This document shows positions 1 to 9,696 of a stretch of DNA of 64,000 nucleotides, piece after piece. This stretch comes from an uncultured delta proteobacterium. Its GTDB lineage: Bacteria > Myxococcota_A > Polyangia > Polyangiales > JAFGIB01. A model generated the notes under the pieces. That model was not told where the DNA came from, ran no database searches, and saw only the letters and a list, made by a program, of their open reading frames with translations. The DNA is taken from NCBI GenBank assembly GCA_963778655.1, contig CAVZVA010000009.1, positions 192,001-256,000 of the forward strand, read 5' to 3'. Numbering within the stretch: the first letter of the stretch is position 1; each line of letters opens with the position of its first letter. The translations under genes and the position numbers were made by a program.

Positions 1-175
1 CACAAGCTCTGATTTCTCCTTTGATTGTCAGGGAGTCGCGCCGACTCCCTCGGGCGAGGCAAAGCCTCGCGCATTCACCCTCTCGCGGTGGTGCGGCATC
101 CGCCGCAGCGCTAGATGACCGATCGGCATGGCCGTTCCCGAATCGTGATCGGTCATTTAGCCGCGGGCGGCGCCA
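1..175 (-). repeat. Dispersed multi-hairpin intergenic element, copy 1 (cut by window start)
   Basis: Reverse complement aligns by eye to ~10820-10990, e.g. gagggtgaatgcgcgaggctttgcctcgcccgagggagtcggcgcgac vs gagggtgactgcgcgaggctttgccttgcgcagagggagtcggcgcgac, and aaatgaccgatcacgattcgggaa vs aaatgaccgatcgtgattcgggaa. Confidence 0.85.
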
Positions 176-218
176 GATCGGGAGCGACAACGATCGAGGT
201 CACCCGGGCGGAGCCGTC

Positions 219-917
219 CTACGGCGGCGGCTCGTTCGGGCTGTCGGCGAAGCGGTAGCCGACGCCGCGCACGGTCTCGATGTAGTCGCCGGCGGCGCCC
301 AGCTTCTGGCGCAGGCGCTTGACGTGGGTGTCGACGGTGCGGGTGGTGATGTCGGCGGCGATGCCCCATACGTCGTCGAGCAGCGACGCGCGGCTCTGCA
401 CGCGGTTCTTGCGGTCGAATAGGTTCAGCAGCAGCTTGAACTCGAGCGCGGTCAGCTCGAGCTCAACCTGGTTGACCCACACCCGGTGCGCGCCGCGATC
501 GATGCGCAGGCAGCCGAACTCGGTCGGTTGCTCCGTCGCGGATTCACCCTTGCCGCGCCGCAGGATGGCGTCGATGCGCAGCAGCAGCTCGCGCACGCTG
601 AATGGCTTGACCACGTAGTCGTCGGCGCCCAGCTCGAAGCCGACGATGCGATCCACTTCCTCGCCTTTGGCCGTCAGCATCAGCACCGCGATGTCGCGCG
701 TCTGCGCAGCCTGCTTGAGCGCCTTGCACACCTCGGTCCCCGCCAGATCGGGCAGCATCAGATCGAGCAGCACCAGATCGGGCTGATGCTCGCGCGCGAG
801 CGCCAGGCCTTCGCGGCCGCGCACCGCGCTCAGTACCTCGTGGCCGGCCTGCCGCAGGTTGAACTCGAGGACCCGTTGCAGGTCCTTTTCGTCCTCGATA
901 ACGAGTAGGCGTGCCAT
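219..917 (-). CDS. phoB: OmpR/PhoB-family response regulator (PhoB-like)
   Basis: Receiver (LLVIEDE, LVLLDLMLP, LTAK, KPF) plus winged helix (RTVDTHVKRLRQKLG, IETVRGVGY). ATG at 917; pho box upstream. Confidence 0.85.
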   Translation of the reverse strand: MARLLVIEDEKDLQRVLEFNLRQAGHEVLSAVRGREGLALAREHQPDLVLLDLMLPDLAGTEVCKALKQAAQTRDIAVLMLTAKGEEVDRIVGFELGADDYVVKPFSVRELLLRIDAILRRGKGESATEQPTEFGCLRIDRGAHRVWVNQVELELTALEFKLLLNLFDRKNRVQSRASLLDDVWGIAADITTRTVDTHVKRLRQKLGAAGDYIETVRGVGYRFADSPNEPPP

Positions 918-926
918 TGCGTTCGG

Positions 927-960
927 CTTATAGCGCGTCTGTGTGACGGTTTGGTGACGC
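927..960 (-). promoter_or_regulatory. Pho-box-type promoter of the phoB-like gene
   Basis: Minus strand reads gCGTCACcaaacCGTCACacagacgcgcTATAAG: two CGTCAC repeats at 11-bp period, then 10 nt, then a -10-like TATAAG. Confidence 0.7.
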
Positions 961-1010
961 CTTGGCCGTGCCCGGCGGACCGCAACATGGCCGCAGCGCC
1001 GCAGGAAACA

Positions 1011-1121
1011 GCAAACCCAGCAAGACGGGAAGGGTCTCGGGGATTGTTCGCGGAGTCGGGCGCGCGCGCCTGGCCGAACCTTTGCGACCAGCAGCAAGAT
1101 TATCCCGGCTTCCCGGTTTGC
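1011..1121. repeat. Imperfect long hairpin, GGGAAG/CTTCCC-type intergenic repeat
   Basis: gcaaacccagcaagacggga (1011-1030) pairs imperfectly with tcccggcttcccggtttgc (1103-1121); shares aagacgggaag with the element at 39345-39480. Confidence 0.5.
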
Positions 1122-1270
1122 CGCCGGCTCTCAGGGCTCGCGAATGCACAACTCGATCGGCTGCGGCCGCACGAGCGGGCGCGCTCGCGGCCGCACTCCG
1201 CTCGCGCGCCCGGTCTCGACCGAGTTGTGTATTCGCGAGCCCTCACGCCGTGGCCGCCGCACACCGCCAG

Positions 1271-3709
1271 CTATCCAGGCGCGCTGCCCGTGCGCCCGCG
1301 CCACGCCCGCAGCACCAGCTTGGACAGCTCCACTGCGGTGACCGGCGCCAGCCCGGCCAGCAGGGCCCAGCCGGCTTGTAGCGGCGACAGCGCGACGATG
1401 CGGAACAGCGATTGCGTGAGCGGCAGCGCGTGCAGCCCGAGCTGCGCCAGCATCGAGAGCGCCACCACCAGCAGCAACAAGCGATTGCCCAACACCCCGA
1501 CCTCGAAGAACAGCTGCGTCGGGCTGCGCGCGGCGAAGGCGCGCAGCAGCTCGCCGAAGACCAGCACCGCGAACGCCGCGCTACGCGCCGCCAGCAGGCC
1601 GTGCGCCCGCAACGTCCAGGCGAACATGCCCAGCGTGACGGCGGTCTGGACCGCGCCGGTGAACGCGACCGCGCGCCACTGCGGCGCCCCCAGCAGCGGC
1701 CGCCCGGGCGGGCGCGGCGGTCGTCGCAGCACGTGAGGGTCGGTCGGGTCGAGCGCCAGCGCGAGCGCGGGCAGGCCGTCGGTGACCAGGTTGATCCACA
1801 ACAGGTGCAGCGGCAGCAACGGCAGTGGCAGCCCGATTACGCCCGCGAGCAGCATCACCGCGAGCTCGGCCGAGTTGCCGGCCAGCAGGTAGACCAGCGT
1901 CTTCTGGATGTTGTCGAAGATGCCGCGGCCTTCGCGTACAGCCGCCACGATGCTGGCGAAGTTGTCGTCGGCCAGCACCATGTCCGCCGCTTCGCGCGTG
2001 ACCTCGGTGCCGGTTTTGCCCATGGCGATGCCGATGTGCGCCTCGCGCAGCGCTGGCGCGTCGTTGACCCCGTCGCCGGTCATCGCCACCACCGCGCCGC
2101 GCGCCTTCCAGTGCCGCACGATCTCGAGCTTGGCCTCGGGCGTGGCGCGCGCGTGAACGCGCTCGGCGGCGTCCTCTTCGGGGAGCACGATGCCTAGCTC
2201 GCGCGCGATCGCCAGCGCGGTGTCGGGGTGGTCGCCGGTGATCATCACCGTGGTGATGCCGGCGCTGCGCGCGTCCGCGACGGCCTCGATCGCCTCGGGC
2301 CGCGGCGGATCGGCGATCCCGAGCAAGCCCAGCAGCGTGAGCGAGCGCTCTTCGTCGCCCTGGCCGACCGCCACCGCTAGCACGCGCAAGCCGCGCGCCG
2401 CCAGCGCTGCGTGGGCTTCGGCCGCGCCCTCTTTGCCGTTGCTGCAGGCGTCGAGCACCACCTCGACCGCGCCCTTGAGGTAGAGCCGGCCGTCCGCGCG
2501 CGCGATCGACATGCGCTTGCGCGCCGCGTCGAAGGGACGCACCAGCACCCGCGGGCGCTCGCGCTCGATCGCCTCGCGCGCGATGCCGCGCTCGGCCGCG
2601 GCCTGCAGGATCGCCAGCTCGGTGGGGTCGCCCACGCCGTCGCGGCCGTCCGGTCCGAGCTCGGCGTCGCAGCACGCGGCCGCGGCGTCGAGCAGGCGCG
2701 CGGGGTCCTCGCCCCACAGCTCGCGCACCTGCATCACGCCGGTGGTCAGCGTGCCGGTCTTGTCGGTGCAGATCACGCTGGCGCTGCCCAGCGTCTCGAC
2801 CGCGGGCAATCTGCGCACGAGCACGTGCCGCGCCGCCATGCGCTGCACGCCGCGCGCGAGCGCGATCGTGACCACGGCTGGTAGCCCCTCGGGCACGGCG
2901 GCGACCGCCAGCGAGACCGCCGACAGCAGCACCTCCAGCCATGAACGCCCGCGGCCGAGCTCGAGCGCCGCGACCACGCCGACGATCGCCAGGCACACGT
3001 ACGCCAGCGTGCGGCCGACGCGCGCGAGCTGTTGCTGCAGCGGCGTCGGGCCTTGCTGCACGCGCGCCAGTAGCTCGGCGATGCGTCCGAGCTCGGTGCC
3101 CATCCCGGTCGCGGTGACCCGCGCCCGGCCGGTGCCGTGCGCCACCGCGGTGCCCATGAACACGCAGTCGCTGCGCTCGGCCAGCGGCGTGCTCGCGTCG
3201 CTCGGTTGCAGCGATTTCTGAGCGGGCAAGCTCTCGCCGGTCAGCGCCGCCTCGTTGCTCGCGAGCGCGTGGGCCTCGAGCAGCCGGCCGTCGGCGGCGA
3301 CCACGTCGCCGGCTTCGAGCAACAGCACATCGCCGGGCACGATCTCGGTCGCGGGCAGCAGGCGCGCGCGGCCGTCCCGCAGCACGCGCGCGCGCGGCGC
3401 GGTCATGGCACGCAGCGCCAGGATCGCGCGCTCGGCGCGGTACTCCTGCGCGAAGCCCACGATCGCGTTGAGCACCACGATGGTGCCGATCGCAATCGCG
3501 TCCGCCAGCTCGCCGAGCGCGCCGGACACGACGCAGGCGACCGCCAGCAGCCCGATCACCGGGCTCTTGACCTGGGCCAGCAGCAGCACCCACGGTGAGG
3601 CGCCCTCGTCGTGCGCGATCAGGTTGGGGCCGTGCTCTGCGAGCCGCGCGGCGGCCTCGACCTCGCTCAGGCCGGCGGCCTTGGCGCCCCGGGCGTCCGC
3701 GTCGCTCAT
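1271..3709 (-). CDS. Cation-transporting P-type ATPase, type IIA (Ca2+/PacL-like)
   Basis: TGES, VPEGL, DKTGT, DPPR, MITGD, TGDGVND, WINLVTDG motifs; start MSDADARG overlaps the DoxX stop. Confidence 0.92.
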   Translation of the reverse strand: MSDADARGAKAAGLSEVEAAARLAEHGPNLIAHDEGASPWVLLLAQVKSPVIGLLAVACVVSGALGELADAIAIGTIVVLNAIVGFAQEYRAERAILALRAMTAPRARVLRDGRARLLPATEIVPGDVLLLEAGDVVAADGRLLEAHALASNEAALTGESLPAQKSLQPSDASTPLAERSDCVFMGTAVAHGTGRARVTATGMGTELGRIAELLARVQQGPTPLQQQLARVGRTLAYVCLAIVGVVAALELGRGRSWLEVLLSAVSLAVAAVPEGLPAVVTIALARGVQRMAARHVLVRRLPAVETLGSASVICTDKTGTLTTGVMQVRELWGEDPARLLDAAAACCDAELGPDGRDGVGDPTELAILQAAAERGIAREAIERERPRVLVRPFDAARKRMSIARADGRLYLKGAVEVVLDACSNGKEGAAEAHAALAARGLRVLAVAVGQGDEERSLTLLGLLGIADPPRPEAIEAVADARSAGITTVMITGDHPDTALAIARELGIVLPEEDAAERVHARATPEAKLEIVRHWKARGAVVAMTGDGVNDAPALREAHIGIAMGKTGTEVTREAADMVLADDNFASIVAAVREGRGIFDNIQKTLVYLLAGNSAELAVMLLAGVIGLPLPLLPLHLLWINLVTDGLPALALALDPTDPHVLRRPPRPPGRPLLGAPQWRAVAFTGAVQTAVTLGMFAWTLRAHGLLAARSAAFAVLVFGELLRAFAARSPTQLFFEVGVLGNRLLLLVVALSMLAQLGLHALPLTQSLFRIVALSPLQAGWALLAGLAPVTAVELSKLVLRAWRGRTGSAPG

Positions 3710-4107
3710 CGGCCGATGCGCAGGCGCCACGGCCCAGGCCCGATCAGCAGCAGCGAGAGAAACACGACACCGGCCTCCATCGCGTGCGATGCCTCGGCGA
3801 AGCCCTCGCCGCGGCCGAAGTGGTGCGAGACGGCTACCAGCATGGTGAACGCCATCAGCGCGCAGGCCGGGCGGAACAGCACTCCCGTCGCGAGCAGCAC
3901 TCCGCCGCCGAGCTCGGAGGCCATCGCCATGAAGCCCCAGAAGGCCGGCGCGAAGTGCACCCCGAACGCGCCCATCGCCTCGCCCAGGGCGTGCCAGCGC
4001 GCAGGACCACCGAGCAGCTTGGGCAGCCCGTGGCCCACGAAGCTCGCGCCCAGGCCGGCGCGCAAGATGAACAGCCCGAGGTCGCGATGTTTCCCGGAAT
4101 CGGCCAT
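3706..4107 (-). CDS. DoxX-family membrane protein
   Basis: LGLFILRAGLG...HGLPKL...ELGGGVLLATG...GPG; four hydrophobic segments. Confidence 0.85.
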   Translation of the reverse strand: MADSGKHRDLGLFILRAGLGASFVGHGLPKLLGGPARWHALGEAMGAFGVHFAPAFWGFMAMASELGGGVLLATGVLFRPACALMAFTMLVAVSHHFGRGEGFAEASHAMEAGVVFLSLLLIGPGPWRLRIGR

Positions 4108-4248
4108 GACGGCGGGGATGGTACACCGGAGCGGGCGCAGCGGGGTGGGGAGGGACATGCCCGCGCAGCTGCCGGCGATCCCCACCGCGGGCGCGCCAAT
4201 TGGCGCTCCACCGGGCGCCGCGCGAGGCTTGCGCGCGGATCGCTGCAA

Positions 4249-4998
4249 ATGACCTCTCCCGTTGCCCTGCTCGCGACCTTCCTGATCGGGTTCGGCGCCA
4301 CGTTTGTGTTCGTGGCGACCGGTGGGGTCGGCATGATCACCATCCCTGCGCTGATCTTTCTCGGGCTCTCGCCGCAGGCGGCGATCGCGACCGACATCTT
4401 CGCGCTGTTCGGGGGCCGGCTGGGCGGGCTGCTGGGGTTGCGGCGCGCGGGCAAGGTGGACGTCGCGCTCGGCCTGCGCCTGGGCGCTATCACGGCGATC
4501 GGCGCGGCTCTGGGCGCGCTCACCTTGTTGCAGCTGCCCGCCGGCCTGGCCAAGCGCATGCTCGCGTTCTTGCTCCTGGCTCTGCTCGGCCTGCTGCTGC
4601 TGCGCCCGCGCATCGGCGTGGAAGCGGCGCAGCCGGTGAGCGGACGGCGGCGTTTGGCCGGCAGCTTGCTGTTTCTGCCGATCGGCTTCTGGAGCACGCT
4701 GATCGGCATGGGCTTTCTCAACCTGGCCGGCGCGGTGCTGCTGCTGGTCTTCCGCAAGAGCTTCCTCGAGACCGCCGGCGTGCTCACGATCGTGGGCCTG
4801 GCGGTGGCGCTGACCGGGCTCGCGGTCTTCGGCAGCCACCACGCCATCGTCTGGCCGCTGGGCCTGGCCATGCTCGCAGGCAAGGGGAGTGGCGGCTATT
4901 TCGGCGCGCGCTACGCGGTCAGGCTCGGCGAGCGCCGCGTGCGCCTGCTGTTCGTCGCGGTGGTGCTGCTGTCGGCGCTGCGGCTCTACTTCGCGTGA
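4249..4998 (+). CDS. Sulfite exporter TauE/SafE-family membrane protein
   Basis: ~250 aa, ~8 TM, GGVGMITIPALIFLGLSPQAAIAT and GGYFGARYA motifs. Confidence 0.8.
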   Translation: MTSPVALLATFLIGFGATFVFVATGGVGMITIPALIFLGLSPQAAIATDIFALFGGRLGGLLGLRRAGKVDVALGLRLGAITAIGAALGALTLLQLPAGLAKRMLAFLLLALLGLLLLRPRIGVEAAQPVSGRRRLAGSLLFLPIGFWSTLIGMGFLNLAGAVLLLVFRKSFLETAGVLTIVGLAVALTGLAVFGSHHAIVWPLGLAMLAGKGSGGYFGARYAVRLGERRVRLLFVAVVLLSALRLYFA

Positions 4999-5002
4999 AG
5001 GC

Positions 5003-6760
5003 TCACGGGGGCGGCGGACATCCTTCGTCGGCCAGCCCGTCGCAATCGTCGTCGGCGCCGTCTCCGCAGCTCTCGACCAGCGCGCAGCCGCAGCCGTCGT
5101 CGGCCAGCCCGTCGCAATCGTCGTCGACGCCGTCGCCGCAGCGCTCGCTGCTGGGGCTGCAGCAGTCCTCGTCCACCCTGCCGTCGCAGTCGTCGTCGCG
5201 CTGGTCGCACAGTTCCGGCGCGGGCACGCAGGCCTCGACCCGCGGCGCCCACTGCACGCGCTGATCGCTCTCGTCGAGCTGCTGGAACGGCAGCCAGAAC
5301 GGGGGATGGCTCGGGTCCTCTCCGCGCGCCGCCTTCGCGCTCTCGATCTCCGCAGCCCACAGCTGTAGCTGGCCGGGCTCGAGCGTGTGGTCGGCATAGG
5401 CGCGGGTCGAGGAGAACAGCAGCCAGGCCGCATCCGGCGCGTCCGCCGGCATCCAGCTCGGCATGACATCGGCGCTCGGCCCCATCGGCTTGCCCAGCGC
5501 GAGCGCGATCGGCGTGCCGCCGTCGGCGCTCACCAGCCACAGCGAGGCGTCCTTGGGCTGCCTGGCGCTGCCCTTGGCCTTCTCGAACGCGATGAACGCG
5601 CCGTCGGGCGAATAGGCGGGATACAGCAGGGTCTCGTCCTTCTTGGCCTCGACCAGCAGCTCGGGTGCGCCGAGCGTGCCGTCGAGCGCCACGCGCACGC
5701 GCGCCAAGCTGGTGCCGCTCAGGTTTTGGTCGTCGTTGTCGCCGCCCTGCGGCCACAGCGCGAGCGCGAGATAGCGCCCGTCCGGGGACCAATCGGGTTG
5801 GCTCGCGCGCACCCCCGCGGGCAGCGCGGCCTGCGCCAGCGGCTCGCCGCTGTCCGCGTCGAGCACGCGCAGGTTGCCGGCGTCGGTGGTGGCGATGCGC
5901 GACGCGGTGGGGTCGAACGTGGCCCAGGCGAAGGGCGTCGTCGTCGAGCTCGCGTCGGGCGACAGGATGGGTTGCAGCGCCGGCAGCGACCACTCGCCGA
6001 GCTGCGCGTCCGCCGTGACCGCGAGCAGGCGCCGGCCGTCGCGCGAGAGCGCATGGCAGCCCACGCACGCAGGCGAGCCGGGCGCTGCGCTTGCCGGCGT
6101 CAGCTCGAGATAAGCCGCGCCGCCGGCGGCCAGCGCCGCGCGCTTCAACCCGGCGGCCGGCGCCGCGCCGTAATACAGCTCTCCGGCGGGCGTGGGCCCA
6201 CGCACCAGCAGGTGCACCGGCTCGGTGCGAAAGACGTCGGTCGCGGAGCCGAGCGAGAGCGCGCGCAGGCTCAGCGTGAGCTGCGCGCCGGCCTGCTCGC
6301 GCAGCAGCGCGGCAAAGCGCGGCGCCGGCAGCGCCAGCTCGTGCTGGTCGCTGTACACGCGCAGGTTCAGGCCCTTGCTCTCGATGCGCAGCTCGTACAG
6401 CAGCGCGGCCGCGTCCTTGGGCGCGGGCTTGGCCATCATGTCTGCCTTGGGCGCGGCCATCGCCGGCGTGCTCATGGCGTCCTTGGGCGGCGCAGGCGCC
6501 GGTCCGCTGCGCCACGCGAACGCGATCGGCGCGACGTCTTGCGGCACCACTGTCCCGTCCGCCGGATAGACCCAGCTCAGGTGCGCCGCGTCCACCCGCC
6601 CCGCGCCGGCGGCGGCGAAGCGCGCGATCGCGGCCGCCGGCACGTCGCCGATTACGATCGCGCCGGCGCCTGCGCCCGGCGCCAGCTCGACCGGCTGCAG
6701 GCCGCAGCCGCAGCCCAGCGCGAGCCAGGGCCAGAGCAGGGCGCGCGCACCCGGTCTCAT
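5003..6760 (-). CDS. Secreted TolB-like (PD40) beta-propeller lipoprotein with CxxCH and C-terminal DDDCDG repeats
   Basis: Lipobox-like LGC, PDWSPDG and PAYSPDG repeats, CVGCH, three C-x-x-x-DDDCDG-x-x-D repeats. Confidence 0.75.
   Translation of the reverse strand: MRPGARALLWPWLALGCGCGLQPVELAPGAGAGAIVIGDVPAAAIARFAAAGAGRVDAAHLSWVYPADGTVVPQDVAPIAFAWRSGPAPAPPKDAMSTPAMAAPKADMMAKPAPKDAAALLYELRIESKGLNLRVYSDQHELALPAPRFAALLREQAGAQLTLSLRALSLGSATDVFRTEPVHLLVRGPTPAGELYYGAAPAAGLKRAALAAGGAAYLELTPASAAPGSPACVGCHALSRDGRRLLAVTADAQLGEWSLPALQPILSPDASSTTTPFAWATFDPTASRIATTDAGNLRVLDADSGEPLAQAALPAGVRASQPDWSPDGRYLALALWPQGGDNDDQNLSGTSLARVRVALDGTLGAPELLVEAKKDETLLYPAYSPDGAFIAFEKAKGSARQPKDASLWLVSADGGTPIALALGKPMGPSADVMPSWMPADAPDAAWLLFSSTRAYADHTLEPGQLQLWAAEIESAKAARGEDPSHPPFWLPFQQLDESDQRVQWAPRVEACVPAPELCDQRDDDCDGRVDEDCCSPSSERCGDGVDDDCDGLADDGCGCALVESCGDGADDDCDGLADEGCPPPP
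5015..5215 (-). repeat. Three coding tandem repeats (~72 bp) encoding DDDCDG motifs
   Basis: cgtcggccagcccgtcgcaatcgtcgtcg occurs twice (~5026, ~5098) with a third degenerate unit near 5170. Confidence 0.75.
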
Positions 6761-7908
6761 CGCGAGAGCAGCTTGCGGGCGGCGGTTGCTTGCGGCGTGG
6801 AAGGAAAGCCGCGCACCAGCGCGGCGGCGGCGGCGCGCGCCTGCTCCTTCCGACCCAGCTGCAGCAGCACCCGCACCTCCAACCAGCTGGCCTCCGCGTC
6901 CAGCCTAGCGTGCGGGAAGCGCTGGCGGTAGCGCGCCAGCACCCGCTGCGCGGCGGTTCCGTCGCCGGATTCGAGCTCCAGCCGCGCCCAGCGCAGCAGC
7001 GCGACCTCGGCGTTGGGATCGGGGCGCGCGCCGGCCTGGGCGTAGAGCGTGCGGGCTTGGTCGAGCTGGCCGCGCCGCCGCGCGCTCTCGGCGGCGGCCA
7101 GCAGCAGCGCCGAGCTGGCGGGTGGCTTGCGCGCGGCGTGCGGCTGCGCCGGGGCTCCGGCGTCACCGCTGCGCGCGGGTGGCGGCGCAGGCGCGCCGGC
7201 GGCGAGCAGCTCGCGCAGCGCGCGCCCGTCGGCGTCCGACGCGGGTGCGATCGAGTCGCCCCGTCCGGCTGCGCCGCGCCGCAGCACGTGCCCGGGCGTG
7301 AGCCGCAGCGCTGGCTGCGCGGGGCCCAGCACCTCGACCACGCCCGACAGCAACACCACCTCGAACGCGCCGTCAGCGCGCACCGAGAAACGCGTGCCCG
7401 TGATCACCACCTCGCCGAGCGCGCTGCGGATGCGCAAGCGCGCGGGCCGCAGGCTGTGCAGGTCGCCGGCGACCGCGCCCTGGCGCAGCGTGATCGTCAG
7501 CTCGCACGCGCTCGCGCGTTCCACGGCCAGCGCGGCGCTCGGCTCGGCGACCAGCAGCCCGTACGCTCCCAGCGAGAGGCGTTGCTTGCCGTCGTCGCCG
7601 CGCACCAGGCGCGGCGCCGAAGCGCCCGATGGCAAGCCACAGGCCACGGCGGCCGCGGGCGCCTGCGGCTCGGGCGCGCGCGGGGCCAGCGAGCGCCAGC
7701 CGAGCAGGGCGGCCGCGGCCGCCGCGAGCGTGCCCGCGAACAGCCCGATGCGCCGCCGCCGGCGCGCGCGGGCCAGGCGCGCGCCCTCCGCCACCACGCG
7801 TGCGATCACGCGTTGCTGCGCCTGTGGCCCGAGCGTGGTCTCGGATGACGCGGCGGCCGACAGGCGCCGTTGCAGCCGTGGGTCGAGCTCTTGTTCGTCG
7901 TCGCTCAT
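6757..7908 (-). CDS. FecR-domain anti-sigma factor with C-terminal TPR-like region
   Basis: Single TM after an Arg run, FecR-like VVITGTRFSV...VVLLSGVVEV, TPR-like helices with YRQRFP; overlaps the sigma stop by 4 bp. Confidence 0.8.
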   Translation of the reverse strand: MSDDEQELDPRLQRRLSAAASSETTLGPQAQQRVIARVVAEGARLARARRRRRIGLFAGTLAAAAAALLGWRSLAPRAPEPQAPAAAVACGLPSGASAPRLVRGDDGKQRLSLGAYGLLVAEPSAALAVERASACELTITLRQGAVAGDLHSLRPARLRIRSALGEVVITGTRFSVRADGAFEVVLLSGVVEVLGPAQPALRLTPGHVLRRGAAGRGDSIAPASDADGRALRELLAAGAPAPPPARSGDAGAPAQPHAARKPPASSALLLAAAESARRRGQLDQARTLYAQAGARPDPNAEVALLRWARLELESGDGTAAQRVLARYRQRFPHARLDAEASWLEVRVLLQLGRKEQARAAAAALVRGFPSTPQATAARKLLSR

Positions 7909-8624
7909 CGCGCGCGCTCCGCAAGCCACTCCCGCAAGTAGGGATCCCCTTGCGCGGCCGCCAGCAGCTCCTTCTGCGCGTAGTAGATGCGCGAGCGCGT
8001 GGCCGGAACCGAGGCCTGCATGACGGCGGCGATCTCGGCCGGCGGCATGCCCTCGAAAGCCCACAGCAGAAAGGCGACGCGTTTAGGCTCCGAGATCTGC
8101 TGCAGCAGCGCGCGCACCCGGCGCAGCGCCTCGGCCGCGCTCGCACTCTCGTCGGGGGCGGCGGCCCGCGCATGGAGCTCGGCCGCGCCCTCCATCGACA
8201 CCGCCAGGCGCTGCACCTTGGGCGGCCGCATCGCACGGCGCGCGACGTGAACCGCGACGCCGATCACGAAGGTCGAGAGCGAGCTCTCGCGGCGGAACCC
8301 GGGCAGCGCGTGCAGGGTCTCGAGAAAGGTGGTTTGCACGAGATCCTCCAAGTCCTGCCGCGGACCCAGGATGCGCAGCAAGACCCGCTGCACCCGCTCC
8401 CAGTGGGTGCGCACCAGCTCCTCCAGCGCCTGCGCATCGCCTGCCTGCGCGCGCCGGACCTGGTCGCCTTCAGCTCGAGCAGCCACGCCTGGTTCCAGCA
8501 CGGCGACGTCGGCCAGGTGCCGCACGTCCCATGAGTCGCCGCAGGGTGCCACAACGATGAAAGGAAGCGCAGCCGGTCGTGCGCGCGGTCTCGGTGGAGC
8601 GCCGGCCGGTGCGACAAAGATCAA
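7905..8624 (-). CDS. ECF-type RNA polymerase sigma factor (true start may be a GTG ~100 nt downstream)
   Basis: AQAGDAQALEELV, DLEDLVQTTF (region 2) and EGMPPAEIA...TRSRIYYA (region 4). Confidence 0.88.
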   Translation of the reverse strand: MIFVAPAGAPPRPRARPAALPFIVVAPCGDSWDVRHLADVAVLEPGVAARAEGDQVRRAQAGDAQALEELVRTHWERVQRVLLRILGPRQDLEDLVQTTFLETLHALPGFRRESSLSTFVIGVAVHVARRAMRPPKVQRLAVSMEGAAELHARAAAPDESASAAEALRRVRALLQQISEPKRVAFLLWAFEGMPPAEIAAVMQASVPATRSRIYYAQKELLAAAQGDPYLREWLAERAR

Positions 8625-9595
8625 TCAAAACGCAACACTAGCTGCAGGCCCGCGGCGGCGGTGAGCAGCACCGCCGGATCGGTCGCCACGCGTACCGATT
8701 GTACCCGGTAGTCGCTGCGCCGTGCCGCAAGCGTGATCCCGACGCTCGCGTAGGCGCTGAGCCAACGCGTCAGCTCGAGCTGGGCCTGCGTGTCCAGCCC
8801 CGGGCCCCAGCCGACCGCGCTCGTCGATCTACCCGAGGGACCCGCGTAGGCCGCGTCGGTCCACGCCACGCGCGCCTGCAACAGGCCCAGCAGCGCCACG
8901 CGGCCGATCGAGTACGCCACGCCGGTGCGCAGCGAGAGATCGGTGCGCGACAGCTCCAGCTGGCCGGTCGAGGCGGCGACGCGCGCGCGGCTGGTCCAGC
9001 CCAGCGAGAGCTCGAGCACCCACGCCAGCCGCGTGTGGGACGGCGCCAGCCACAGGACCGCGCCGAGCTCCGGCCGCAGGTTGCCGCGGTAGGGTGCGCC
9101 GGCCCAGATCAGCTCGCCACCGGCCGCGAGCGCGAGCCGGCGCGCGAGCAGCCCGCTGTGCGCACGCCCCGGGCCGTCGAGCTGCGCGCTGAGCGCGAGC
9201 AGCTCGCTGGCGACGAACGCGGGCAGGTAAGCCGACTCCGACCCCGGCGTTGCCTGCACCGTTCGCGTCATCACCGTGCCGTCGCGGGTGCGCACCACGT
9301 GCACGCGCTGCAGCTCGCTGTCGAGCACGGCGATGCGGTCCGCATGCACGGCGCGCGCGAGCCCGAGCGCCGCGGTCGGCTCTCGGGCCTGCGGCATGCG
9401 CACGCGCAGCGCCGGTTGCTCGAGCAATTCCAGCAGGCGCTTGGCCGGCGCCTCGTCCTGGCTCGAGACCTCGACCACCAGCACCGTTTGCGCGCGGCAG
9501 ACCGCCGCCGAGCCCAGCAGCAGCAGGCATAGCGCGACCGGCAGCAGCAGCGGCGGCTGCAGCGTATTGCAGGCTCTGTCGAACGGGGCGTTCAT
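8621..9595 (-). CDS. Hypothetical exported protein, C-terminal half beta-barrel-like
   Basis: Hydrophobic signal-like stretch, amphipathic beta-like segments, ends GLQLVLRFD; first gene of the ECF operon. Confidence 0.6.
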   Translation of the reverse strand: MNAPFDRACNTLQPPLLLPVALCLLLLGSAAVCRAQTVLVVEVSSQDEAPAKRLLELLEQPALRVRMPQAREPTAALGLARAVHADRIAVLDSELQRVHVVRTRDGTVMTRTVQATPGSESAYLPAFVASELLALSAQLDGPGRAHSGLLARRLALAAGGELIWAGAPYRGNLRPELGAVLWLAPSHTRLAWVLELSLGWTSRARVAASTGQLELSRTDLSLRTGVAYSIGRVALLGLLQARVAWTDAAYAGPSGRSTSAVGWGPGLDTQAQLELTRWLSAYASVGITLAARRSDYRVQSVRVATDPAVLLTAAAGLQLVLRFD

Positions 9596-9696
9596 CACGC
9601 GCGCGTGCCCGGGTGACTCATGACGGGCAACGCGAACCGAGCGTTGCACGAAACATGCCCGCGGTTCGAGCCGCGGCGAGCGGCACGGAGGATGCG

